Origin: the human T2T-CHM13v2.0 reference genome, Homo sapiens | NCBI RefSeq assembly: GCF_009914755.1 | Contig: NC_060937.1 | Length of the DNA: 64,000 nucleotides | Reading direction: 5' to 3' (one strand) | Part shown: positions 27,595 to 39,300 of the stretch, in pieces | How the letters are laid out: every line of letters starts with the position of its first letter | Position numbering within the stretch: the first letter of the stretch is position 1 | Position numbers and translations under genes: made by a program | Notes under the pieces: generated by a model | Told to the model about the DNA's origin: nothing | Database searches by the model: none | The model's input: the letters and a program-made list of their open reading frames with translations, nothing else

Positions 27595-30009
27595 TGTATT
27601 AGCTCGTTCTTGCACTGCTATAAAGAAGTACCTGAGACTGGGTAATTTATAAAGCAAAGAGGTTTAATTGTCTCACTGTTCTACAGGCTGTACAGAAAGT
27701 ATAGTGGCTTCTGCTTCTGGGGAGGCCTTGGGAAGCTTCCAATTGTGGTGACAGGCAAAGGGGGAGCAAGGCATTTCAGACGGCAGGAGCAGGGGCGGGG
27801 GAGGCGCTACCTACTTTTAAATAACTGGATCTCATGAGAACTCACTATCTTGAGAACACCACCAAGGGGATGGTGTTAAATCATTCATGAGTTTCAACTC
27901 CCTCCCACCAGGCCCTACCTCCAACAGTGGAGACTACAATTTGACATGTGATTTGGAGGAACACAGATCCAAACCATATCATCTTGGCCCTGGCCCCCCA
28001 AATCTCATATACTTCTCACATTGCAAAATACATTTACCCCTTCTCAACAGTCCCCCAATATCTTAACTCATTTCAGTATTTACTAAAAAGTCCAAAGTCT
28101 GACCTGAGACAGGCTAGTCCCTTCTGCCTATGAGCCTGTAAAATCAAAAACAAGTTAGTGACTTCCAAGATACAATAGGGGTATAGGCATTGGGTAAATA
28201 CTCCCATTCCAAAAGGGAGAAATCAGCCAAAATAAAGACCCATGCAAGTCTGAAACCCAGCAAGGCAGTCATTAAACCTTAAAGCTCCAAAATAATCTCC
28301 TTCAACTCTGTGTCCCACATCCAGGGCACACTGATGCAAGTAGTGGGCTCCCAAGTCCTTGGGTAGCTCCACCCCTGAGGCTTTGCAGCATTCAGCCCTC
28401 AGGCTGCTCTCAAGGGCTGGCACTGAGTGGCCAGTTGCTTTTCCAGGGACAGGGTGCAAGCTGTCGGTGGATTTACCATTCTGGAATCTGGAGGATAGTA
28501 GCCCTCTTCTCACAGCTCCACTAGGCAGTGCCCCAGTGGGGAGTCTGTGTAGGGGCTCCATTCCCACATTTCCCCTCTTCAGTGCCTTAGCAGAGGTTCC
28601 CGATGAGGGCTCCACTGTTGCAGCAGGCTTCTTTCTGGACATCCAGGCTTTTCTGTACATCCTCTGAAATTTAGGCAGAGATTCCCAAGCCTCAGCTCTT
28701 ACACTCTGTGCACCCACAGGCTTAACACCACATAGAAGCTGCCAAAGCTTATGGCTTGCACCCTCTGAAGCACTGGCCTGAGTTATAACTGTGACCCTTT
28801 CAGCCATGGCTGGTGCTGGAGTGACTGGGATGTAGGGAGCAGTGTCCTGAGGCTGTGCAGGGCAGCAGGACCCTGGGCCTGGCCCATGAACCCATTCCTC
28901 CCTTCTAGGCCTCTGGGCCCGTGTTACGAGGGGCTGCTGCAAAGGTCTCTGAAATGCCTTCAAGACCTTTTCTCCATTGTCTTGGCTATTAGCATTTGGC
29001 TTCTTTTTACTTATGCAAATTTCTTCAGGCTTCTTTAATTCCTCCCTTGAAAATGGGCTTTTCTTTTCTACCACATAGACAGGCTGCAAATTTTCTAAAC
29101 TTTTATGCTCTGCTTCCCCTTTAAATATAAGTTCCAACTTTAGGTCATTTCTTTGCTCTCACATATGAGCACAGGTATTAGAAGCAACAAGGCTATTTCT
29201 TGAACATTTTGCTGCTTCGAAATTTCTTCCACCATATACCCTAAATCATCACTCTCAAGTTCAAAGTTCCACAGATCCCTAAAGCAAGAGCACAATGCAT
29301 CCAAGTTCTTTGCTAAGGCATAACAAAAGTGACCTTTTCTCCAGTTCCCAATAAACTCCTCATTTCCATCTGAGACCTGCTCAACCTAGCCTTCACTGTC
29401 CATATCACTACTAGCATTTTGTTCATAACCATTCAACCAGTCTCTAGGAGATTCCAAGCTTTCCCTCATCTTCTTGTCTTCTTCTGAGCCCTCCACATTC
29501 TTTCAACTTCTGCCCATTACCTAATTCCAAAGTTGCTTCCTCATTTTTAGGTATCTTTATAGCAAAGCCCCACTCCTCAGTACCAATTTTCTGTATTAGT
29601 CTGTTCTTGCACTGCTATAAAGAAATACCTGAGACTGGGTAATCTATCAAGCAAAGATGTTCAATTGGTTCACAGTTCTGCAGGCTGTACAAGAAGCATA
29701 GTGGTTTCTGCTTCTGAGGAGGGATCAAGAAGCTTGCAATCATGGCAGAAGACAAAGTGGGAGGGAGGTGTCTCACATGGTGGGAGCAGGAGCAAGAGAC
29801 AGTGAGGGGAGAGGTGCTGCACACTTTTAAACAACCAGACCTCACAAGAACTCACTCATTATCACATGAACAGCACCAAGGGGATGGTGGTAACCATTCA
29901 TGAGAAATCCACCCCAGTGATCTAACTGCTTCCTACCAGGCCCCACCTCCAACACTGGGGACTACAATTTGAGATGAGATTTTGTGGGACACAGATACCA
30001 ACCATATCA
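27595..30009 (-). mobile_element. Complete MSTA-type MaLR provirus (LTR 27595-27981, internal 27982-29591, LTR 29592-30009)
   Basis: Two direct-repeat LTRs tgtattag...aaccatatca around a 1.6-kb MaLR internal region; perfect 5-bp TSD GCATG (27590-27594, 30010-30014). Confidence 0.95.
28223..29137 (-). pseudogene. Remnant of the MaLR internal ORF (304 stop-free codons, begins at TTG rather than ATG)
   Basis: Translation resembles the THE1/MST internal ORF (EAEHKSLENLQP, ASEGAS, FQRMY..AWMSR, PTGALPSGAVRRG, FGALRF). Confidence 0.8.
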
Positions 30010-30019
30010 GCATGACATT

Positions 30020-30710
30020 AAATATCTTTCAGGAGATAAAAAAAGTTATTAGTAACATGAAACATAAATAGGAAGTTATAAGAAAAAAACCCACTGTAAA
30101 TATTAAGTATAAAAATATGGTAGTTGAGATTTTAAAATAGAGCAACAGGATAAACAGTAGGAGGAAAGAGAGTACAAACTTATTAGTTGGAACATTATAT
30201 TGAGGAGCTCTCCAAGAGGGCAGTTGGAAAAGATAATGAGATTTAAAAATAAAAAGAATATACAGATATCAGCATAGATATTGTTAAGTTTTTAAAAATC
30301 AGTATGGTTACATAAATATAAGAATGGGTCTTAAGGGCAATGACCAAAGTATTAAAATAGAATGTGTACATTTGCAACCAGAAAAAGAAAATTTGATCTT
30401 TCTAAAGAGCAAGGACTGAAATAACAAAAGGAAAAATAAGTGAGTGAATGGAAAATATAAAATAATATGACCAAATAAATTATAATAAATATTGATATTT
30501 AAGTTACTAAATGTTAGTGGGTTACATTTACCAACCAAAAGACAGAGACTCACAGATTAAACTGGAGAATAATCCAAATGTATGTCATCTACAAGAATCA
30601 TATTTAAATGCAACAACAGTCAGATTAAAAACTGAAAAGATTCAAATGGACTTAACAAGAAAACATAAACCAAAAGGAAGCTGGATTCACCATCTTAATA
30701 TCTGACAAAA
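30020..30710 (+). mobile_element. Degraded old L1 fragments (ORF1 and start of ORF2 endonuclease)
   Basis: ctaaatgttagtgggttacatttaccaaccaaaagacagagactcacagatt and tgtcatctacaagaatcatattt resemble the ORF2 N-terminus. Confidence 0.65.
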
Positions 30711-31760
30711 TGTTTATCCAATGGTACACAGAGAGTATGACCCAAAACTGGGACTCAAATCAGATTTATTAGACTACCAAATTTATTCTTGGAGTCTATG
30801 TATGCATAGGCTCCTTAGCGAAATACTTCCAAAAGTAGATGAAGATTAGAAAAGAATATAGCTCTCCCATGAACTTTACATTAATTCTACACATTCCAGC
30901 AAAATCTCAAGGTATAGTCAGACATTAGAACATTTACAGAGAGGCAGGTTGTCAATATAAATTCCTAGTAATTATTGGATTATGTTGCCCAAAAATCCAT
31001 CTTGGCAATTTCTCAGAAATTTCTATTGGGCAATTTTTATGATGCCACAGTCTGTTGCCATGAAAATGACCGTAATGTCATAAATTCAGAATTTCAACTC
31101 TACAGCAGGATCAAGGAGGAAAAGATGACAAAACTGTTCAAAGAGAGTGGTACGAGTGCTTCTGGTAATTATCCACAAGAAGATGGAAATAGTAAAATGC
31201 ACAGGGAGAAAGAAAATGGATATATGAGGCCAAGTCCTTTAATTTAAGTCACAAAATTGGCTCCGACCCACCCTGCCCATGAAGGTTTTAACATATGGCC
31301 ACTTTTACCATTAATTACTATGATCCTATGGCAAAACCAGTGAACTTCCATGCCTTCATGAGTTGAACCATCTGTTCTTTGAATTCAACACCAAAATCTT
31401 GAACTAGAGTTTGAATTTGTGAGACACAGTCACTAAACTTTTGAGAAGAGAAGCACTTAAAATGTTACAGTTAGAGCTTTTTCCTACCTAATTACAGCAT
31501 TTTAAATTTCATTTTTAGCAGGGATATCACTTTGAGGAGGTACACGAAAGATAATTTATAATTCAATTTTAAAGGTAGAAAGAAAAACATTACACCTGGA
31601 TCTATAAATCCTCAAAAGCTATTGTTTTTGCATTTAGTACTCTGTGATGCATGGCACCAAGTCCTCCTTACTCAAATATTATCATTTTGGTTGTTATCTC
31701 CTTTCATTTATATATAGCCCTAGCCCAAACCTTTCCTTTGAACTCAAGACCCATATACAT

Positions 31761-32010
31761 GGGAGGCCAAGGCAGGAGGGTTGCTTGAGCCCAGGAGTTC
31801 AAGGGCAGCCTGGACAACGTAGTGGGACCTCATCTCTACAAAAAAGTTTTAAAAACTAACTAGGTGTGCTGTTGCACACCTGTGGTCCCAGCTACTTGGG
31901 AGGCTCAGATGGGAGGATCATTTCAGCACAGGAGATCAAACTGCAGTGAGCTGTGATCACACCACTGTACTCCAGCCTAGGCAACAAAAAGAGACCCTAC
32001 TGCAAAAAAA

Positions 32011-32042
<32 letters not shown>

Positions 32043-32095
32043 AAAAGAGAAAGAAAAAGAAAAAAATGAAAAGAAAAGAAAAAAAGAAAGAAAGA
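31761..32095 (+). mobile_element. 5'-truncated AluJ with expanded A/GAAA tail (about 90 bp)
   Basis: gggaggccaaggcaggagggttgcttgagcccagg...; degenerate TSD aagacccatatacat / aagactcatctacac. Confidence 0.92.
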
Positions 32096-32274
32096 AGACT
32101 CATCTACACAGATATGTCTCACATGCCATGCACAAACTCAACTTTTCAAAACCAAACTTGGCATCTTCCCATAAACTTGGCCCTGTTCTAGTGATCTCTA
32201 TGTGACCAAATGGCACTCTTGTACAAGCCAGAAACCTTGACCTTTCTTTGCACTGCACACTTTACCTTACACAT

Positions 32275-32428
32275 TGCTACGGTTTGAATGTTTGTCCCAT
32301 CCAAAAGTCAGAAGTGGCCCATCAACTCCGGACTTCTCTGCCTCCAGAGCTGTAAGAAATAATTGTTTTCTTTATAAAGTACCCAGTCTCAGGTATTCAG
32401 TTATAGCAACAGAAAATGAAATAAGACA
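32275..32428 (+). mobile_element. MST-family LTR with large internal deletion
   Basis: Both termini present (tgctacggtttgaatgtttgtccc; cagttatagcaacagaaaatgaaataagaca) in only 154 bp; TSD cacat/cccat. Confidence 0.8.
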
Positions 32429-32656
32429 CCCATATATGAGACATGTCAATTTTATCCTTCAAACAGCTCTCAAATCCATATGTTTCACTCCATTGCCTTG
32501 CACACCACCTCAGGTCGTGCTGGCCCATTTCAACAGCCTCATGACTGGTCTTCCACACCCAACCTAGTCTCTCCTGTAATCTATTCTCCATGCTGCAGCC
32601 AGAATGATCATTTCAAAATCCAAATCTGATTATGTTATCATCCTGTTTAAAACAAT

Positions 32657-34489
32657 TGGATGAGCAAAGGAAGTGGTTTCTTGAGATGAAATTTACTCCT
32701 TTGCTCATCCATAAGAATCCACTCCGCATCCATTAAAGTTTGATCATGAGATTCACTCACATCTCCAGGTTCCACTCCCAATTTTAGTTCTCTTGCTATT
32801 TCCACCACATCTGTAGTTATTTCCTCCAGTGAAGACTTGAACCCCTCCAAGTCATCCATGAGGGTTGGAATCAACCTCCTCCAAACTTCTGCTAATATTG
32901 ATATCTTACCTTCCCCAATGAATCAAAAATTGTTCTTAATGGCAACTAGAATGGTGAGCTTTTTCCATATTTTTAATTTTCTTTGCCCAGATCCATCAGA
33001 GGAATCACTATGTGTGGCCGCTGTAGACTTACAAAATGTATTTCTTATATAATATTTGAAAATTGAAATGACTCCTTGATCCATGGGCTGCAGAATGCAT
33101 GCTGTATTAACAGGTATCCAAACAACATTAATCTCCTTGTAAATCTCCATTAGAGCCATTGGGTGACCAGGTGCATTGTCAGTGAGCAGTAATATTTTGA
33201 AAGGAATCTTTTTTTCTGAGCAGCAGGTCTCAACGGTGGGCTTAAAATATTAAGTAAACCATGCTATAAACAGATGTGCTGTCACCCAGGCTTTGTTGTT
33301 TCATTTATAGAGCAGAAGCAGAGTAGATTTAGCATAATTATTAAAAGCCCTAAGATTTTCAGAATGGTAAACAAGCATTAGCTTCAACTTAAAGTCACCA
33401 GCTGCATTAGTGGCCTAACAAGAGTCAGCCTGTCCTTTGAAGCTTTGAAGCTAGGCATTGACTTCTCCTCTCTGGCTAGGAAAGTCCTAGATGGCACCTT
33501 CTTCCATTAGAAGGCTGTTTCATCTACATGGAAAATCTGCCACTTCCTGTAGCCACCTTCCTCAATTATCTCAGCTAAATCTTCTGGATAACTCGCTACA
33601 ACCTCAACATCAGCACTTTCAGCTTCATCTCACACTTTCATGTTATGGAAACAGCTTCTTTCCTTAAACCTAATCAACCAACCTCTGCTAGCTTCCAACT
33701 TTTCTTCTGCAGCTTTCTCACCTCTCTCAGCCTTCACACAATTGAAGAGAGTTAAAACCTTACACTGGTTTAGGCTTTGGCTTAAGGAAATGTGGCTGCT
33801 TTGATCTTCTATCCAGATCATTGAAATGTTCGCCATAGCAGCAATAAGGCTATTTCAGTTTCTTATCATCCATGTGTTCACTGGAGTAGCAGTTATCATT
33901 TCCTTCAAGAACTCTTCCTTCGCATTCACAGCTTGGCTGTTTGGCACAAGAGGTCTAGCTTTTGGCCTGTCTTGGCTTTGGACATGCCTTCCTCATTAAG
34001 CTTAATCATTCCTATCTTTTGATTTAAAGTGAGAAACGTATGACTCCTCTTTCACTTCAACAGTTGGAGGCTGTGATAGTTATTAATTGGCCTAATTTCA
34101 ATCTTGTTTCTCAGGAAATAAGGAGGTCAAAGGAAAGGGAGAGAGATAGGGGAACAGCCAGTTGGTGGAGTGGTCAGATCACACACAACATTTACCAGTT
34201 GAGTCTGCAGTCTTACATGGGCATGGTTCATGATGTCCCAAAAACAATTAAAATAGGAACATCAATGATCACTGATCCCAGATCACCACAACAGATAAAA
34301 TAATGATAATAAAAGTGTGAAATAACTGCAAAGATTGCCAAAATGTAACACACAAACACAGAGTGAATACGTGTTGTTGGAAAATTGGTGCCAGTTGACT
34401 TGCTCAAGCCAGGGTTGCCACAAGCCTTCAATTTTTAAAAAATGCAATTTCTGCAAAGCACATAAAGCTGATAAAATGAGATATCCCTG
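32657..34489 (-). mobile_element. Tigger1 DNA transposon (TcMar/pogo), 3'-truncated, inserted in L2
   Basis: 5' TIR at about 34470-34489 followed by TA; disrupted transposase fragments in the ORF track ([51 protein letters not shown]). Confidence 0.93.
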
Positions 34490-34759
34490 TATGATATCCT
34501 TTCATAGAATCACATTCCTTTCCTTCAGAGTAAATATGTTAATGGGTAGTTATACAATTATCAGGATAGTTATTTAATTAACTTCTGTTTCCTATGCCAT
34601 ACTATAAGGTGCATGAAAACAGGCAAGATGTCTATTTTTGTTTGCATTATACCCTCAGCTCTGGCACTGTATCCAGCACATAATATATGCCCAAGGTATT
34701 TTTTGAATTTGTGACTAGTAATCTGTCATTTATTGAGGTGTTTTCACAAATGACATTTC

Positions 34760-35350
34760 AAAAATTCTCAAAAGAAAAAAAAAAGGAAACCTACACCTAC
34801 CATTTTATTCAGCTATGCTACCGCTAGGTACTTTTTCTAGCAATTTTATTTATAATAGCCAAAAAACTACTGGAAACAGCCCATTGCATGCAATAGATGA
34901 ATAGATAAATGTGAAGTATCCATATAGTAAATCAATACTCAGCAATAATTATGCTCAAAAAGTATATTTTATGTTCAAAAGATAATTTAAAAAGGAATAA
35001 ACTATTGGCACATGCAGCAACATAGAAAACCTCAAAAATCTTTAGCTGAGTGAAAGAAGCCAGATACAAAAAAGTGTATGCTGTAGGATTTCATTTGTAT
35101 GAAGTTCTAGAAAATCCAAACTAAATTATAATGTCAGAAAGCAGGCCAGTGATTGCCGGGGGACAGTGAAGATCTGTGAGAAATTACCATTACCACAAAG
35201 GAACAAAAGAAAATTGTGGGGGTGATGGAAATGTTTATTATCTTGATTACAGTGACCATTTTATATGTGTGTACATATGTCAACAAACATCAATCTTATC
35301 TTTTAAACACAGGCAATTTATTATTTGTCAATTATACCTTAATAAAATTG
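34760..35350 (+). mobile_element. Old L1M 3' end
   Basis: aaaaggaataaactattggcacatgcagcaacat, gtgaaagaagccagatac, gggtgatggaaatgtttattatcttgatt, caattataccttaataaa. Confidence 0.8.
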
Positions 35351-35520
35351 GAAGCTTATAATTCAGTAGGAATTATTAAGATCTCAATGTAAGCATAATA
35401 TGTATTTAAAATGTCTGAGAAAATATATGGAAAGGACACAAATTCCAGGATTTTGCTATTACTTCGTTATTTAGTCATTCAACAATTATATCTTATTTTT
35501 AATAGAAATTAGTCAAATAA

Positions 35521-36332
35521 ACAGACACTTCTCAAAAGAAGACATTTATGTTGTCAACAAACATATGAAAAAAAGCTCAACATCACTGATCATTAGAGAA
35601 ATGCAAATCAAAACCATAACATACCATCTTACGCCAGCCAGAATGGCGATTATTAAAAAGTCAAGAAATAACAGATGCTGGAGAGGCTGCAGAGAGATAC
35701 GAAGAGTTTTACATTGTTGGTGGGAATGCAAATTAATTCAACCATTGTGGAAGACAGTGTGGTGATTCCTCAAGGATCTAGAACCAGAAATACCATTTGA
35801 CCCAGCAATCCCATTACTGGGTATGTACCCAAAGGAATATAAACCATTCTATTATAAAGATACAAGCACATGTATGTTTATTGCAACACTATTCACAATA
35901 GCAAAGACATGGAATCAACCCAAATGTCCATCAATGATAGACCAAAGAAAGAAAATGTGGCACATGTACACCGTGGCATACTATGCAGCCATAAAAAGGA
36001 ATGCGATCATGTCCTTTGCAGGCACATGGATGGAGCTGGAAGCCATTGTCCTCAGTAAACTAATGCAGGAATAGAAAACCAAACACTGAATGTTCTCACT
36101 CATAAATGAGAGCTGAATAATGAGAACAAATGGACACAGGGACGGGAACAACACACACTGGGGCCTGTTGGTAGGGGATAGGGAAGAGGAAGAGCATCAG
36201 GAAAAATAGCTAATGCATGCTGGGTTTAATACCTAGGTGATGGGACGATAGATGCAGCAAACCACCATGACACATGTTTACCTTTATAACAAATCTGCAC
36301 ATCCTGCACATGTACCCCGAAACTTAAAATAA
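35521..36332 (+). mobile_element. 5'-truncated primate L1PA (PA8-PA13 range): ORF2 C-terminus and 3' UTR
   Basis: ORF2 C-terminal peptides ([29 protein letters not shown]); 17-bp TSD agaaattagtcaaataa (35504-35520) / agaaatcaggcaaataa (36333-36349). Confidence 0.95.
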
Positions 36333-39300
36333 AGAAATCAGGCAAATAAAACAACCAAGAAATTCTACAACTTGTAACTAAAAAGTAACCCTTAAAATAA
36401 TATTCCCTCTCATAAACTTTGTAAACTAAAGATAACAAATAAAACACTTTTATTCAGATATTTATTTCCTGAGATTGCTAGAAAATATAATGATTTGAGT
36501 CCCAGAGTCTTTGGGGATATATTTTCTATAATGGCCTTGGAAAGTGGCATGACCAGAATTTAAAATCAATCAATCAGAAGGAGCAAAAATTTTTAAAAGG
36601 CAGTATTTCTAGCAATAACAACAGCAAACAACTCTTCCACTCTTTACCTTCCTTGTTCTTTATTTGTTATTCAAGTCTAGCAATCTGTGTTTAAGTAAAA
36701 CCTTTGAGCATTTTTGCTACAGGCAAAATTTTATATTCTCTTAGTTCTGTGATATGGAGTAGTCAGCTATTTCAATTTTTTGCAGACCAAATAGAATATT
36801 AATGGCCCTAATGATTTTTAAATACTATCAGCAAGGTTGTTTAAAATGACTGTGTCATAGCAACAATCAATAAGATAATGAATGTGAAAATACTTTGTAC
36901 GTGGCAAACAGCTATCCAAGAATCTGTGAAAAGATGGAAATTTTTTAAAATTATTTTTCAGATGAAAGTCATTTGAAAGAATAGATGGTAAACAATCATA
37001 ACTTATTCAAATAAAGGAAGTATTAAAAACAAAAGGCAGACTAGCATAGGCCACTTGAGAAAATGGAAGCCCACAGTCAGTTGTTTTAACACAGGGAGAG
37101 ATAATTTTACAAATGGGAAAATAAACAAATTAGAACATATGCTACTTTTTAAACATCCAGAGAAAAATGTTCCTTAATTATCTTCAGCTCTAGGAATCTT
37201 AAATCTAGAAGGGTGTTTACCAAAATATTTTCATAGAACTATTCTACACCAACAAAATGTTTCATAGTCAAATAAGTCTAGAGTATATTGAGTCAAACAA
37301 GGCTAAAAGGTTATTAGAGAAATTTTCATAAACTCTAATATGATAATAATAATAATATGAAAGAGAAGATAATATGAAGAGAGGAATATATTATGCAATC
37401 TTTTCTAAACTTACTTGACTACAGAATTATTTTTGTCTTGAAGCCTCTCATGGGCCTAACATGGTTCATTTTTATCTAGAAACACCATGAATTAATCAGT
37501 ATATGTGATTTAATAATTCCAGAGCCTAATGAAGACCAGAGTACATGAGCCTAGCAAAAAAAAATTACATATATACAACTTTGACTACATTGGTTTGAGT
37601 AAATGAGAAGATCATTGATTACCAAAACCTTGCATAAAACCATAAGGGGTTTGGTTACAGAAAAATATGAGAGAAGCTCGTGTCTACATGGAAAATGAAA
37701 TTGTGGGAATAAAAGGAACTCTTTATGTTGTCCAAGTAACTTCTACTTCGTGAAACCCAATTTGTGTGAAAAACCAGAACTCCAATTAAAACAAATTCCA
37801 AAACCCAGAAAATGATGAGACTTCAAGAACCCAGTGATAGCTACAGGTACGTGTTTATCAAGCTGGCATTCATGAAGCCCTGGCCCTGCCTGAGTTCTCC
37901 ATGAATTCTGTCCTGCTTGGTCCCTGGGTACCTTGCACAAGAGTGGCTGGTTCTACCACCCATCAGCCATGTCCCTCCTCATTCCTCATCCCTCTTCAAT
38001 GGCCTAGGAAGTCTCAGTCACTTTCTGGACATCAAGCTGGAACTTGGAGTCTCTGGGCAGTGATTATCAGACTCAGGGTTTCTGTGTATGGTTGAGCCAT
38101 GCGTGCACTGCACAAAGGCCAAAGGAGCAAGAAGGGCCTGAATCTTCATTATGCTTGCCAAGTGGTGTTCCCTGGCATTGGGCTGCTTTGGTCTGGAAAA
38201 AGAGAGCCTTTGACTTTTGCAAAAAGACATTGGTCAGCTGGCCAAGCATGCACCTGCCAGCCTTCCTCCATGCAGAGGGATGCCTTTTTCTAATTCTTCC
38301 ACTTAGAGAATTTTTCTCTTAATTCCCACAAAGGCAAATGATTGGCTTGTTGCTTGGCCCATCTGCCTTGTCCCTTACTCAGTTATCTCTACTCTATTGC
38401 CTGAGAGGCACCTTGTGGTTCTGGTGACATGAATAAAGGTCTTCTCTACAGGACAAGACACAGACACCTGAACCTGAACCTGTTAGCCTAGAAATGCTTC
38501 TCCCCTCTCCTCCCCTTCCCCACGGTAAAAACAGCAGAAGGACTTAAGAGAAAGAAAGAGAACTGCTGAGAAGTGGAGACACATCGGGTGTATTTCAAAA
38601 ATAAAACCCCCATTACAGAACCTGTTGGCCTAACCCAGTCTCTAGATGGAACATTCCTGGGCCAGGTGTCTACCTTCTGGGTCTGCTCCACATAACAGGA
38701 GCAGAAGGGTAGGGCTGGCTGTGGGCAGTGGAAGAGTGATATGTCTGTTCTCAGAGAAAGTGAACATGCCTGGACAAGCGCACACTAAGACATCTACTAC
38801 TATTTTTCTCTAGGCTTGGGGATGATGATAATTTTATATATATTAAATAGTCCTGCTTCTTTAACTTTCCACATTTTATTTTATATCCCAATGTCTTGAA
38901 CTATAGCTTTTATATATGCACTTTTTTCAAGTTTAAAGTCTCCTTTTAGGTGTGAAACTGAGAGCTTTATAAGCACTTGGGGAAAGGTCTGAATCTTGAA
39001 CTGTGCAAGGGAGAATAACCTGGTGATGCTTCATGGCTTATGCCTGATAGTACCTAATAGCCAGTACCTCTTCTAAAACATGTTCACATTGATACTCACT
39101 TGGCCATCCAGTAGGAATCTATAAAGGGAAAAATAAGCAAACCCTTCCACCAGGAGGATAGCTTTGTGAAGGAGTAGTTCCCTCCAACTCCTTCCCAAAT
39201 TCCTTTAGCGATTCTTATTCCTGCTTGAACCCAAAAAATGACCTGGCCACAACCATGAGCCTCAGAATAATACTTAAAGAGGAAAAAAAACAGATTCTGT

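Noticed and set aside
31946-32191. Lys/Arg-rich 81-aa ORF
   Set aside because: Translation of an expanded Alu A/GAAA tail.
32647-33836. Transposase-like ORF fragments as a domesticated TIGD gene
   Set aside because: Split by multiple stops and frameshifts and 3'-truncated; an ordinary dead Tigger1.
39168-39194. 8-bp stem hairpin gaaggagt...actccttc
   Set aside because: Stems this short are expected by chance in 64 kb; no supporting RNA-gene features.
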